The notes under the pieces were generated by a model, which was given only the letters and a program-made list of their open reading frames with translations, was not told the DNA's origin and searched no databases. A stretch of 64,000 nt of DNA, from the NCBI GenBank assembly GCA_021796225.1, contig JAJYOL010000003.1, positions 28,042 to 92,041 on the forward strand, written 5' to 3'. This document shows, in pieces, positions 16,948 through 26,134 of this stretch. Every line of letters begins with the position of its first letter. Positions within the stretch are counted from its first letter, which is position 1. The position numbers were made by a program, and so were the translations under genes. Source of the stretch: Candidatus Micrarchaeota archaeon (GTDB taxonomy: Archaea > Micrarchaeota > Micrarchaeia > Micrarchaeales > CABMGC01).

Positions 16948-18567
16948 ATGGCTAAAGGCAAATCCAAAGATACAGTTTCAAAGGGTAAACCGGACAGCAG
17001 TTCTCGAACGCTAGACATAGGAGTTAGAAGCGCCGGACTGGCAACTTTTGTTTTTATAGGAAAGTTTATCTCGATTATTTTCGGTGCGGCGATGCTGATC
17101 ATACTCGCAAGAGTATTGGGGCCTTCGAATTACGGAATGTATGTAGTAGCATTGGCTACTGCTGGTTTCATAGGCGCATTCGGGAGTATAAACATAGGGG
17201 CATATTTCAACAAGAGATTGCCGGAACTTGTTTACAGCCGCAAGCTTAATCTGGCAGGAACACTCATCGGTGACGCAGTAGTATTCGTATTATTGATTTC
17301 GGTAGTGCTCACCGCGGCCGGCGTGCTGTTGAGCGGATATCTTTCATCGTCACTTTTCGGTTCGTCGACATATTTCTACTACATAATAATCGCGGTTGCC
17401 GGAATATTTTGGATAATACTGTATCCGATACTGAATACCGCGCTGGTGGGCATTGGAAATGGAATTGAAATTGCAATATCGACCATGGCAAGCCTGATTT
17501 CCCAATCGATAGTCAGCATAACGCTTGTTTTGCTCGGATTCGGTGCAATTGGTGCCATAGGAGGATATCTTTCCGGTTTTGCAATAGCCGCACTGCTTAC
17601 GCTGTATTACATCAATAGGCATATTCCGGTTTCATTCTCTTCGTTTGAGTTTATCAAAAGGCTGCGGGGGATGCTGGCATTTTCAGTGCCGTTGACGTTA
17701 TCGGGAATATTGGGGACGCTCTCGAGTAATTTTTCTGTGATGTTCATGGGAATTCTACTTATCTCCTCAGGCGTGATAGGCCAATACGGGGTATCGATGA
17801 AGGTAGGCAACGTTATAGATGTGGCAAGCGGTGCGATAGGAGTAGTGCTTGTACCAATGTTTGCAACAGCAATCTACCACAAGCAATCAATGGAAAAGAT
17901 CGGAAAATTGTATCATTCCACACTGTATTACGGATTGCTTTTCGCGGCTCCGATGATAGTCTATGCTTCCGCGCTGTCGTACGACATAATCGTGACGGTC
18001 TTTACGCAGTCTTACAATCTTGCGGTTACGTACATGCCGCTTGTCAGCATAGGGATATTGATCAGCCTGATAGGGGGTTATGCTTCTGCGGTGCTTATAG
18101 GCTTTGGGAAGGTCAGAAAAATACTAAGATTTTCGATTTACACGGTAGCGGCACAGTTTGTCGCGATGATAGCGCTCGGTGTGCTGTTTCGCGTAATCGG
18201 AATAATAATAGGGTACTTTTTCATCGGCAGCATAGTTTCTGCATTTCTTTACATGCGTGAATTGCGGAATTTTGGACTCAAAATCAAAATTGGACCGTTT
18301 GCGAGGCTTGCGCTGTCAAACATCTTACTGGCAATAGTGTTGTTTGTCATATCCAATGTGAGAATAAGGCCCCTTTATCTTCTTGCAATAGGCATTTTTG
18401 CCTCGTTTCTTGTATACCCCGCAGCTCTTGCGGCTACGGGTGCAGTATCGAAAGACGACCTTAAAATACTGGGCAAGGTCGGCAATGAAATACCAGTAGT
18501 AGGCAGGATGCTGCAGCTGACAATAGCGTATGCAAAAATGTTCCTCAGAAGAGAGAGTGCATCCTGA
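16948..18567 (+). CDS. Oligo/polysaccharide flippase (MOP/Wzx-like polysaccharide biosynthesis protein)
   Basis: 539 aa with about 14 predicted TM helices and a basic N-terminus. The composition is typical of the Wzx/RfbX family. Confidence 0.7.
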   Translation: MAKGKSKDTVSKGKPDSSSRTLDIGVRSAGLATFVFIGKFISIIFGAAMLIILARVLGPSNYGMYVVALATAGFIGAFGSINIGAYFNKRLPELVYSRKLNLAGTLIGDAVVFVLLISVVLTAAGVLLSGYLSSSLFGSSTYFYYIIIAVAGIFWIILYPILNTALVGIGNGIEIAISTMASLISQSIVSITLVLLGFGAIGAIGGYLSGFAIAALLTLYYINRHIPVSFSSFEFIKRLRGMLAFSVPLTLSGILGTLSSNFSVMFMGILLISSGVIGQYGVSMKVGNVIDVASGAIGVVLVPMFATAIYHKQSMEKIGKLYHSTLYYGLLFAAPMIVYASALSYDIIVTVFTQSYNLAVTYMPLVSIGILISLIGGYASAVLIGFGKVRKILRFSIYTVAAQFVAMIALGVLFRVIGIIIGYFFIGSIVSAFLYMRELRNFGLKIKIGPFARLALSNILLAIVLFVISNVRIRPLYLLAIGIFASFLVYPAALAATGAVSKDDLKILGKVGNEIPVVGRMLQLTIAYAKMFLRRESAS

Positions 18568-18689
18568 TTCAGTGCCGTTTTATGGATTAAAAGGTATAAC
18601 GAAAGGGTTAAATACGTCCCCAACTATAATAAATCGTGCGTAACGTCATATTATGCGTTACAGCTACTCCTTAGAGTTAAGGTGCTGAA

Positions 18690-19973
18690 TTGACGAACTT
18701 TTCTGAGATGGGACTGAACCATCAATTAGTAGAGGCTTTGAAGAGAATCAAATTTCTTAAGGCCACGGATGTGCAGGAACGCGTAATACCTATTGCGCTT
18801 AATGGTAAAGACCTCATAGTGAGGGCAAAGACGGGAACGGGTAAAACCGGTGCCTTTCTTATACCGATAAAACAGATGAGCAAGCCTAGCAGAGCTCCCG
18901 AAACGCTGGTCATAGTGCCAACAAGGGAACTTGCATTGCAGATAACCACTGTTGCGAACAAGCTTAGAATGGATCAGGAGCCTGAAGTGGTAACCGTATA
19001 CGGAGGCGCATCGATAAACAACCAGATTTCGAGCCTGAGAAGGAATCCGCGCATGGTGGTAGGAACCCCTGGCAGAATACTCGACCTGATGGAAAGGGGA
19101 GATCTTAGAATAGAGAGAATACGCTTCCTCGTTCTTGACGAAGCCGACACCATGTTCGATATGGGATTCATAGAAGACGTTGAAACCATACTGGAGCAGA
19201 CTCCGAAGGAAAAGCAGACGCTTCTTTTCTCCGCGACGATGCCAGAGAAGATAGTCAATGTTGCTAAGAGGCACATGCATGAGTTTGAGATGCTTCAGAT
19301 AGGAGACGAAGAAGAAGTAGTAGTTTCAAAGATAAAACACCTTTATGCTGTCGTTGACAACAGAATGAAATTCGCAACGCTATTAGCTTACGTCGATGCG
19401 ATGGATCCTAAAAAAGCGATCATATTTGCACAAACACAGTATGCCGCGGATGCAATATTCGAAGCGTGCAAGAAGAGGGGCATGAATGCCATGGTAATGC
19501 ACGGAGGGCTAAGCCAGGCAAAGAGAGAACACGCACTCAGGTTGTTCAAAACAGAGGGTAAATTTCTAATAGCAACAAACGTGGCCGCGAGAGGAATAGA
19601 CATAGCGGGCATATCTGACATAATAAACTTCGACATACCTGACGATCCTCATGTATACGTGCACAGGGTAGGCAGGTCTGCGAGAATGAACACCAACGGA
19701 AGAGCCTTCACCATAGTCGGAAACGAGCAGCGCAACATAATACGCGATATCGAATACATGAACAAGATAAAGATGGAAAAGATCATACTCGATACCCACA
19801 AATACAAGGACATATTTATTTTCAAGAGAAGAAGCTTCCACGGCGGACAGCAACAGCACCATGGCAATCGCGACAACCGCGGCGGTCACGGTGGCGGCAG
19901 GCAGAATTACAGAAAAGAAAGGCGCAATGACAATCGTGGACATTACAGGCAGAGAGGCTACAGCTCAAACTGA
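18690..19973 (+). CDS. DEAD-box ATP-dependent RNA helicase with an R/G/H/N-rich C-terminal tail
   Basis: Motifs AKTGTGKT, PTRELA, DEAD, SAT, ARGID and HRVGRSAR. The tail is GGQQQHHGNRDNRGGHGGGRQNYRKERRNDNRGHYRQRGY. The track start is TTG; an in-frame ATG (MGLNHQ) lies at 18708. Confidence 0.9.
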   Translation: MTNFSEMGLNHQLVEALKRIKFLKATDVQERVIPIALNGKDLIVRAKTGTGKTGAFLIPIKQMSKPSRAPETLVIVPTRELALQITTVANKLRMDQEPEVVTVYGGASINNQISSLRRNPRMVVGTPGRILDLMERGDLRIERIRFLVLDEADTMFDMGFIEDVETILEQTPKEKQTLLFSATMPEKIVNVAKRHMHEFEMLQIGDEEEVVVSKIKHLYAVVDNRMKFATLLAYVDAMDPKKAIIFAQTQYAADAIFEACKKRGMNAMVMHGGLSQAKREHALRLFKTEGKFLIATNVAARGIDIAGISDIINFDIPDDPHVYVHRVGRSARMNTNGRAFTIVGNEQRNIIRDIEYMNKIKMEKIILDTHKYKDIFIFKRRSFHGGQQQHHGNRDNRGGHGGGRQNYRKERRNDNRGHYRQRGYSSN

Positions 19974-19986
19974 GTGAAACAACACT

Positions 19987-20739
19987 TCACACTTCGATAT
20001 TGTGCAGGCTGCCTATATCGCCAAAATCCAGGATTTCTCCTTCGCCTATGCAGAAAGCTTCCATGCCGTCTATATCCAAATCCTTTGCGAATATGGGTGC
20101 AAGTTTTCCTATATTCCGTTCGGTATTGACGCTGAACCCGTCTGCGAAGAAGTTCATTGCAGGGATGACTATTATTTTTCTTCCTTTACGATCCGTGCCA
20201 TAAAGGAAACATTGCAACTTCTCTTTGGGTCCGGTCTTGTTGTATATTGATATCGAAGGATGGACATGCCCCATTACGAGAAACGCATCATCGCCATGGC
20301 GCGGCAGTTCTTCCCCATGAAAGAAAAGGTATTTTCCCATCAGCACTTCCTGTGAATGCATCTCAAAACCGAGAGGCTCTTTGAGGCGGTCTATGAAATT
20401 ATCATGATTCCCTTTTATCAAAATCAGGCGTTCTATTTTCGCATCGGCTTTTAGAAAGTTTGCAAATTCTCTGAATTCATTGAATTCTTCGACGTGCACT
20501 TCTGAAAATTCGTTTTTAATGTCCCCGTTGACTATCAGTATTTTCGGATGGCAGATGCCGACGCCTTTTTTTATGATTTCTTTTATTCGCTTGAGATTGG
20601 CTTTTGGAAGAAATACTCCGCGGTTTGCCATTACACCTTCGTATCCGAGATGCAAATCGGAGCACACCATTGCGGACAGCGAACGTATGTAAAGAAGAGG
20701 AAGGCCGTCAAGAATTTCCACATCCTTGTCCAATTTCAT
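19987..20739 (-). CDS. Metallophosphoesterase (SbcD/Mre11-related, Lhr-associated MPE type)
   Basis: VCSDLHLGYE, VNGDIKNEF, IKGNHDN and MGHVHP metal-binding motifs. It is immediately downstream of the Lhr-like helicase. Confidence 0.75.
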   Translation of the reverse strand: MKLDKDVEILDGLPLLYIRSLSAMVCSDLHLGYEGVMANRGVFLPKANLKRIKEIIKKGVGICHPKILIVNGDIKNEFSEVHVEEFNEFREFANFLKADAKIERLILIKGNHDNFIDRLKEPLGFEMHSQEVLMGKYLFFHGEELPRHGDDAFLVMGHVHPSISIYNKTGPKEKLQCFLYGTDRKGRKIIVIPAMNFFADGFSVNTERNIGKLAPIFAKDLDIDGMEAFCIGEGEILDFGDIGSLHNIEV

Positions 20740-20743
20740 CGTT

Positions 20744-23398
20744 TCACGTCTTTTTTATCTTTGAGAGTACCAGCTTGTGCAGTTCGCGTATGTGGCGCCT
20801 TCTGTCCTTCATCATTATTACGTCGGCCTCGCCGAACGTGATCATCGTGTGGGAGAACGGCGACGGCACCTGCGTGCTTATTATTTTATAGGAAATTTCC
20901 CCGTTTCTCATCCCTTTGAGTATGCGTTCCGCACGAGGCAAATCCATCAGGTCTTCGAATATCTCCCTGTACGTTTCCTTTATTATTGGAAAGTCCTTGC
21001 TTATTTCTTCCGCGGCCTTGAGTATGAGCTGCGAATTAACTTGCTGACGTCTCACGCTTATCTTCTTGCCCTTGTAATTCCGCAAAATCATGAAACTTCT
21101 CGCCGCGCAGTACCTGAAGCGCCTCTTCATCATTTCGGTGCGCCTTATGTTGTGTGTCAACGTAAGTCTCATGTCCATGCCCAGCGTGTTGCGTATCAAT
21201 TCGGTGATGTTTTCCTTGCGTATTTTTGTCGTCAATGGAGCCACGAGGACAAACCCGTTGTCGGTTACGTTTACACCAACGTCTATGGGATACATTTCTC
21301 CAAGGGCTATTGCAAAAAGCCTTGACAGGGCATCGTTTATTCTCCGCCCGAAAAGGCTGTGGAATATTATCAGATTGCGTTCGCCTTCTTTGTCTTCAGT
21401 ATATTCCACGAGTATCATTTTGTCGTTGGGAACGTGGCCTGCAAACAACAACTGTTCGGCAAAATAATTGTAAATGGAGAATTTTGCATTCTCATTAAGG
21501 GGCATCGAATTCAGTATCTTGCGTGCCTGTTCGTTTGGTTTCATTGAACCTTTTCCGAGGAGCAGCAGGGCGGATTTTCCTCTTGGAAGCGAATGCGAAA
21601 CAGCGGATGCCATCTGTTCTCTGAATTTTCCAATATTTATCGCGAGTTCATATGTGAGCGGGAGCTGTTCCGAATACCATGGAGGTATCGTTGGCACCTC
21701 CCCCGGAGCGGGGCTTACGTAACATTTCATGACGCGGGAATATTCGAAGCGGTAAGTCTTTCCTGCAAGCGCGAAAATATCGCCGGGCTTCAGCCTCGAA
21801 AGGAACTCTTCCTCTATGCTGCCTATCCACTTGTTCTCGCGCGTCATGACGTCTATTGCAACTTCATCCGGTATTGTGCCTATGTTCAAATAATATATCA
21901 GGCGTGTAAGCTTGCCTCTTCTGCCGAACGTTCCGTCGCTCGGTTCGTACCATATCTTTGCATATACCCTTCTGCTTTCAAGGCCTACATACATTCCCGA
22001 TAGATATTCAAGAAGCGAAATCAGATCCTTGCGCTCCAGATTGTGATACGGATAAGAATTCCTTATCGTGTAGAATGCTTCATCTACGGTCCATTTTTTG
22101 TTTTGCGACATTCCGACTAGATGCTGGGCGAGTACGTCGAGCGCATTCTTGGGTGTGGTAAATGAATCCATATGATGTTTCTTTGCCGCATCCAGCATCA
22201 CGGAACATTCCACAAGATCATCCCTGTTAGTGACGATTACTTCACCGCGGGCGACATCCCTGAAGCTGTGCCCGCTGCGTCCTATCCTCTGGACTGCACG
22301 CGCAACGCTCTTTGGCGACCCTATTTGAATGACGTTGTCTATGGAACCTATGTCTATTCCGAGTTCAAGGCTCGTTGAAGAAACCGCACACTTGAGCTTC
22401 CCCTTCTTTAAAAGATCCTCGACCCCGAGGCGTATTTCTCTTGAAAGGGAACCGTGGTGCGCGGCTATGTGTTCGTCGCTGTACTTGAATCTCTTGACGA
22501 GATTGTATACGACGCGTTCCGTGCCGCTGCGCGTGTTCGTGAATACGAGAGTGGTGTTGTTCTTTTTTATCGTCTGGTCTATGAGCTTGTATATCGCATT
22601 ATCTACAACGGTATCGCTCGCATTTACCATGTCCTTAACGGGGGATATTGCCGTAAAGTCGAGTTTTTTATCCCATGTCGCGTCGACTATGAAACAGTCG
22701 CGTTCTTCGTTTCCGTCATATCCGGCAACGAATCTTGCGGCTTCGTCAAGAGGATACAGGGTGGCGCCCATCCCTATCCTTGTAAAATCATGCCCTATAA
22801 GATTGACAAGGCGCTCTATAGACAATGAAAGATGAACGCCGCGCTTGTTGTTTGCAAGCTCGTGCAATTCGTCTATTATGACGTATTTCAGATCTTTCAT
22901 GTTTTCCATGAACTTGGGAGAATTTATCAGAATCGCAAGGCTTTCGGGGGTAGTAACCAGAATATTTGGCGGTTTCCTGAGCTGCTTCTGCCTTTCGGAT
23001 TGGGGCGTGTCGCCCGTCCTTATCCCTATGCTTATCTTCTTTATCGGTATCGTTATGTCGCCGTAGATTTCATCCAGAGGAACGGTCAGATTGCGGTATA
23101 TATCGTTGTTCAGCGCCCTGAGCGGTGACACGTATATGCAGTATATTTTATCTTCGAGCTTTGATGAAAGGGACATATTCATGAGATCGCTCAATATGGA
23201 CATGAATGCGGAGAATGTCTTGCCGCTGCCGGTAGGTGCGGTTATGAGCACGTTCTTCCCTTCTTTAATCAGCTTGAAGGAATACCTTTGCGGAGGGGTA
23301 GGTTCCTTGTATTTATTGACAAACCACTTGCGTATGAATAGGTTTACGCTATCCAGGCTCTCTTTTACCGTAAATGGTTCCTTGCAGGATGTAATCAT
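20744..23398 (-). CDS. lhr: Lhr-type large superfamily-2 helicase (DEXH box plus C-terminal Lhr-associated domains)
   Basis: APTGSGKT, IIDELHEL, TNTRSGTE and QRIGRSGH motifs in an 884-aa protein. Confidence 0.85.
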   Translation of the reverse strand: MITSCKEPFTVKESLDSVNLFIRKWFVNKYKEPTPPQRYSFKLIKEGKNVLITAPTGSGKTFSAFMSILSDLMNMSLSSKLEDKIYCIYVSPLRALNNDIYRNLTVPLDEIYGDITIPIKKISIGIRTGDTPQSERQKQLRKPPNILVTTPESLAILINSPKFMENMKDLKYVIIDELHELANNKRGVHLSLSIERLVNLIGHDFTRIGMGATLYPLDEAARFVAGYDGNEERDCFIVDATWDKKLDFTAISPVKDMVNASDTVVDNAIYKLIDQTIKKNNTTLVFTNTRSGTERVVYNLVKRFKYSDEHIAAHHGSLSREIRLGVEDLLKKGKLKCAVSSTSLELGIDIGSIDNVIQIGSPKSVARAVQRIGRSGHSFRDVARGEVIVTNRDDLVECSVMLDAAKKHHMDSFTTPKNALDVLAQHLVGMSQNKKWTVDEAFYTIRNSYPYHNLERKDLISLLEYLSGMYVGLESRRVYAKIWYEPSDGTFGRRGKLTRLIYYLNIGTIPDEVAIDVMTRENKWIGSIEEEFLSRLKPGDIFALAGKTYRFEYSRVMKCYVSPAPGEVPTIPPWYSEQLPLTYELAINIGKFREQMASAVSHSLPRGKSALLLLGKGSMKPNEQARKILNSMPLNENAKFSIYNYFAEQLLFAGHVPNDKMILVEYTEDKEGERNLIIFHSLFGRRINDALSRLFAIALGEMYPIDVGVNVTDNGFVLVAPLTTKIRKENITELIRNTLGMDMRLTLTHNIRRTEMMKRRFRYCAARSFMILRNYKGKKISVRRQQVNSQLILKAAEEISKDFPIIKETYREIFEDLMDLPRAERILKGMRNGEISYKIISTQVPSPFSHTMITFGEADVIMMKDRRRHIRELHKLVLSKIKKT

Positions 23399-23553
23399 GT
23401 AATCGCCGTCAGTATCTTTGAAAATAAGACACCAATATATGGCAATCTCTCATATAAATTCCTTTCCGGACGATGGGTAGAAGGCAGTGTAAAGGAGGCA
23501 AAGCTGTACGCAAGATTTATATTGTTTATTACCAATACTATGGAAAAGGGGGT

Positions 23554-23874
23554 ATGGGTATGCCGAAGAGTTCTGGCTCGCGTGCCAGCAAGGCTAAGAA
23601 ACTTGAAGCGCTGATGAGATCGCAGCGCATAAACACGTTATTTCAGTACGGTACGAATGAGAGCGAAGCATTGTTGAGTTCCGGAGGGGATTCCAGGCAG
23701 ATGGAGGATTCGCATCTGTCGGACATATTCAACGATAGGGAAAGAATTGAAGGCGAGGAGACACGTACTACAGCAAGGCCGTCCCGCAAGAAGACCAAGG
23801 TTAAGGTCAAACCGAAGCGCAAGAAAGCCGCTAAGAAGGCAGGAGGCATCCTAAGCAGATGGAGAAGACGTTAA
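23554..23874 (+). CDS. Small basic hypothetical protein
   Basis: The ATG at 23554 is preceded by AAAGGGGG. The C-terminus is K/R-rich (RPSRKKTKVKVKPKRKKAAKKAGG). No motif recognised. Confidence 0.4.
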   Translation: MGMPKSSGSRASKAKKLEALMRSQRINTLFQYGTNESEALLSSGGDSRQMEDSHLSDIFNDRERIEGEETRTTARPSRKKTKVKVKPKRKKAAKKAGGILSRWRRR

Positions 23875-25085
23875 TTGTCTCCCTTGTCATCATGCCGATT
23901 TTGCCCGCCTTTTCCTACAGATAATCGCACGCCGTTGTTCGGGTCTCTTGTTATTGTAATGTCTAGACCGTCGCTGCCGAGCATGTGGCGAAGTTCTTCA
24001 TAGGTAAAGGAACCGATATCGTCGTTTCTCTTATTTTTGAGTATCTCGGCTCTTCTTTCTATTATGGGCCCTTTCTCTATGTTAGAGTATTTCAGCCGCA
24101 AGGCAGGTTTCTCAGCTCCGTATATGTCTTCTATGCCGAGCTCTATGGGTTTGTACCCCTCGCTTTGGTATATGAAAGGAACGACGGCAGAGAATTCCGA
24201 AATTATCGTATTTACGGTCGCATCGACCTTTGGCTTGTCTCCCGCTATCAGGAAATCGTCACCGTTGAGGAAGCCTACGAAAACACTGCTCTCATTTTCC
24301 TTTACCTTGTCCTGCAATAATTGCGATACCAGTCTTAGTATTGTTATGCCCGAGTTGTTTCCGAATTCCTTTGCAAACTCGGCGAGACCATCGACCCTCA
24401 AACGCCCGATTTCGTATTTGCTGTTGACGTTGTCTATCGCCTTTTCAACCGCGTCGGATATTTTGTCCTCGTTTGGAAGGTCAATCAGCGGATCGAATTT
24501 CTTTCCTTTCTTCTTAAGGAATATTGTGACAAGGCTTCTGAGTTCGCTCGGATCGAAAGGCTTTTTGACGTAGTAGTCCGCGCCGTATTTTATCCCTTTG
24601 AAGCGGTTTGACGTGGCATCCATTGCACTTACGATTATTACGATCGTATCCTTAAGCGACTTGTCCATGCGTATGCGCTTGCATATCTCAAGGCCATCAA
24701 GCCCGGGAAGCATGAGATCTAATATGACCAGATCGGGTTTCTCGTACCTGATCTTCTCGAGCGCCTTGTCTCCTTCATACATTTGCTTTATATCGAACCC
24801 TTTCCCTATGGAAAGCATCATTAAGCGGTTTATGTTCTTATCGTCTTCTACGATTATGATCCGTCTGAGAGAAGATTCCGATTGGAGTATGTAATAGGTT
24901 GGAATGCCGCCGCTGTTTCGCGATGCTATTGCGCTTGCCCCTTCGAGATCCTTCAGGCACTTATCCAACTGGTCGCCAGTAACGTCTGCCGCAGATGCAA
25001 ATTCCTTAAGCTCATTAAGGGTAACCTGTTGTTTGTCGTTTATCATTGAGATTATGTCCGACTTAAAGTTCTCTGTGTTGTCCAT
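23871..25085 (-). CDS. Orphan response regulator: N-terminal wHTH-like region, CheY-like receiver, C-terminal degenerate GGDEF/palm-like domain
   Basis: REC features are IIIVEDD, DLVILDLMLPGLDG, IVSAMD and YVKKPF. The C-terminal half has RVDGLAEFAKEFGNNSGITILRLV....VFVGFLNGDDFLIAGD, which resembles DxDxFK...GH..GD.vL...RxGGDEF. Confidence 0.75.
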   Translation of the reverse strand: MDNTENFKSDIISMINDKQQVTLNELKEFASAADVTGDQLDKCLKDLEGASAIASRNSGGIPTYYILQSESSLRRIIIVEDDKNINRLMMLSIGKGFDIKQMYEGDKALEKIRYEKPDLVILDLMLPGLDGLEICKRIRMDKSLKDTIVIIVSAMDATSNRFKGIKYGADYYVKKPFDPSELRSLVTIFLKKKGKKFDPLIDLPNEDKISDAVEKAIDNVNSKYEIGRLRVDGLAEFAKEFGNNSGITILRLVSQLLQDKVKENESSVFVGFLNGDDFLIAGDKPKVDATVNTIISEFSAVVPFIYQSEGYKPIELGIEDIYGAEKPALRLKYSNIEKGPIIERRAEILKNKRNDDIGSFTYEELRHMLGSDGLDITITRDPNNGVRLSVGKGGQNRHDDKGDN

Positions 25086-25160
25086 CCCGATCGCCGATTT
25101 TTATATGCACGCGAAAGTATAATATGCCTTTGCGGGATTCGCAGTGACAAGCGGAATCTG

Positions 25161-25175
25161 TATAAAATATATAAA
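25161..25175 (+). promoter_or_regulatory. Putative TATA box upstream of pilin-like paralog 4
   Basis: TATAAAATATATAAA lies about 25-35 nt upstream of the ATG at 25198, in the divergent intergenic region shared with the response regulator. Confidence 0.35.
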
Positions 25176-25197
25176 CATTAAAGCAAAGGATAGGGTA

Positions 25198-26088
25198 ATG
25201 CGCTTGAAAAACCGTAAAATGCAATCGGCAATGGAATACCTTGCAACGTATAGCTGGGCCATCCTTTTCATCGTGGTTGCGCTTGGCGTAATGTATTACC
25301 TGGGATTTTTCTCGTCGCAAGCTTCTTCGATAAGGGCGCAGCCCGGTTCGTGCTCCGTTTACAGGCCTAACGGCGCAGGATCTACAAGTTATCTCACCCT
25401 TGCAGGATCGTGCGGAAACCAACTCCCGCAATACGTTGCGTTGTTCAACGGCAATTCGCACATACTCGCAAGCATACCGTATCTGCCAAGCGGCAGCGAG
25501 CCAGTTACAGTAACGGTATGGTTCTACTATGAAAATACCCCGAACATAATGCTGCTCTCATACGGCAATACGAGCTATCATGGATGCGGAGACGGAAATT
25601 ATTACAGTTTCAGGATAGGGGTTGATTGTGGATCCACATACATCGAAAGCGATCCTTGGTGCAGCCAGACGTGCGCGCCTACTCCCGCACCTCTTGCAAA
25701 AGGCACATGGTATTTCGCCGCGCTGATAAGCAATTCGACGGGACAGACAATTTACGGAGGAGTCGATGGAAAACTGTATGGAAAAACAGGAGGTGTTCCG
25801 TCCAACATACTCAGTACGGGACAATTGGTAATAGGGATGGGAAGCGACGGCTCCAATCTGGTCGGAGGGGTCTCGAACGTGCAGGTGTACAATGCCACCC
25901 TCACTGAAAGCGAATTGCAGAGCCTGTATTCCGAAGGAATAGGCGGAGCGCCGATAAACCTGCAGAATCTCATCGCATGGTATCCCCTGAACGGCGATGC
26001 GAATGATTACAGCGGAAACCAGCAGAATGGCGCTCCTTTCAACATCACATACTCGTCTGCATGGACCTCCGGTTATAACGCTCCGTGA
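25198..26088 (+). CDS. Class III signal peptide + LamG-like protein, paralog 4
   Basis: MRLKNRKMQSAMEYLATYSWAILFIVVALGVMYY, then GSCSVYRPNGAGSTSYLTLAGSC. C-terminus is AWYPLNGDANDYSGNQQNG. Confidence 0.7.
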   Translation: MRLKNRKMQSAMEYLATYSWAILFIVVALGVMYYLGFFSSQASSIRAQPGSCSVYRPNGAGSTSYLTLAGSCGNQLPQYVALFNGNSHILASIPYLPSGSEPVTVTVWFYYENTPNIMLLSYGNTSYHGCGDGNYYSFRIGVDCGSTYIESDPWCSQTCAPTPAPLAKGTWYFAALISNSTGQTIYGGVDGKLYGKTGGVPSNILSTGQLVIGMGSDGSNLVGGVSNVQVYNATLTESELQSLYSEGIGGAPINLQNLIAWYPLNGDANDYSGNQQNGAPFNITYSSAWTSGYNAP

Positions 26089-26100
26089 ACGGCTGCCATA

Positions 26101-26113
26101 CTATTTATATTTT
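26101..26113 (+). promoter_or_regulatory. Putative TATA box/BRE for the histone-gene transcript
   Basis: CTATTTATATTTT lies about 25-30 nt upstream of the C-box-like element at 26135 and 72 nt upstream of the ATG at 26185. Confidence 0.4.
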
Positions 26114-26134
26114 CCCGATGTATGTAATATTCGT

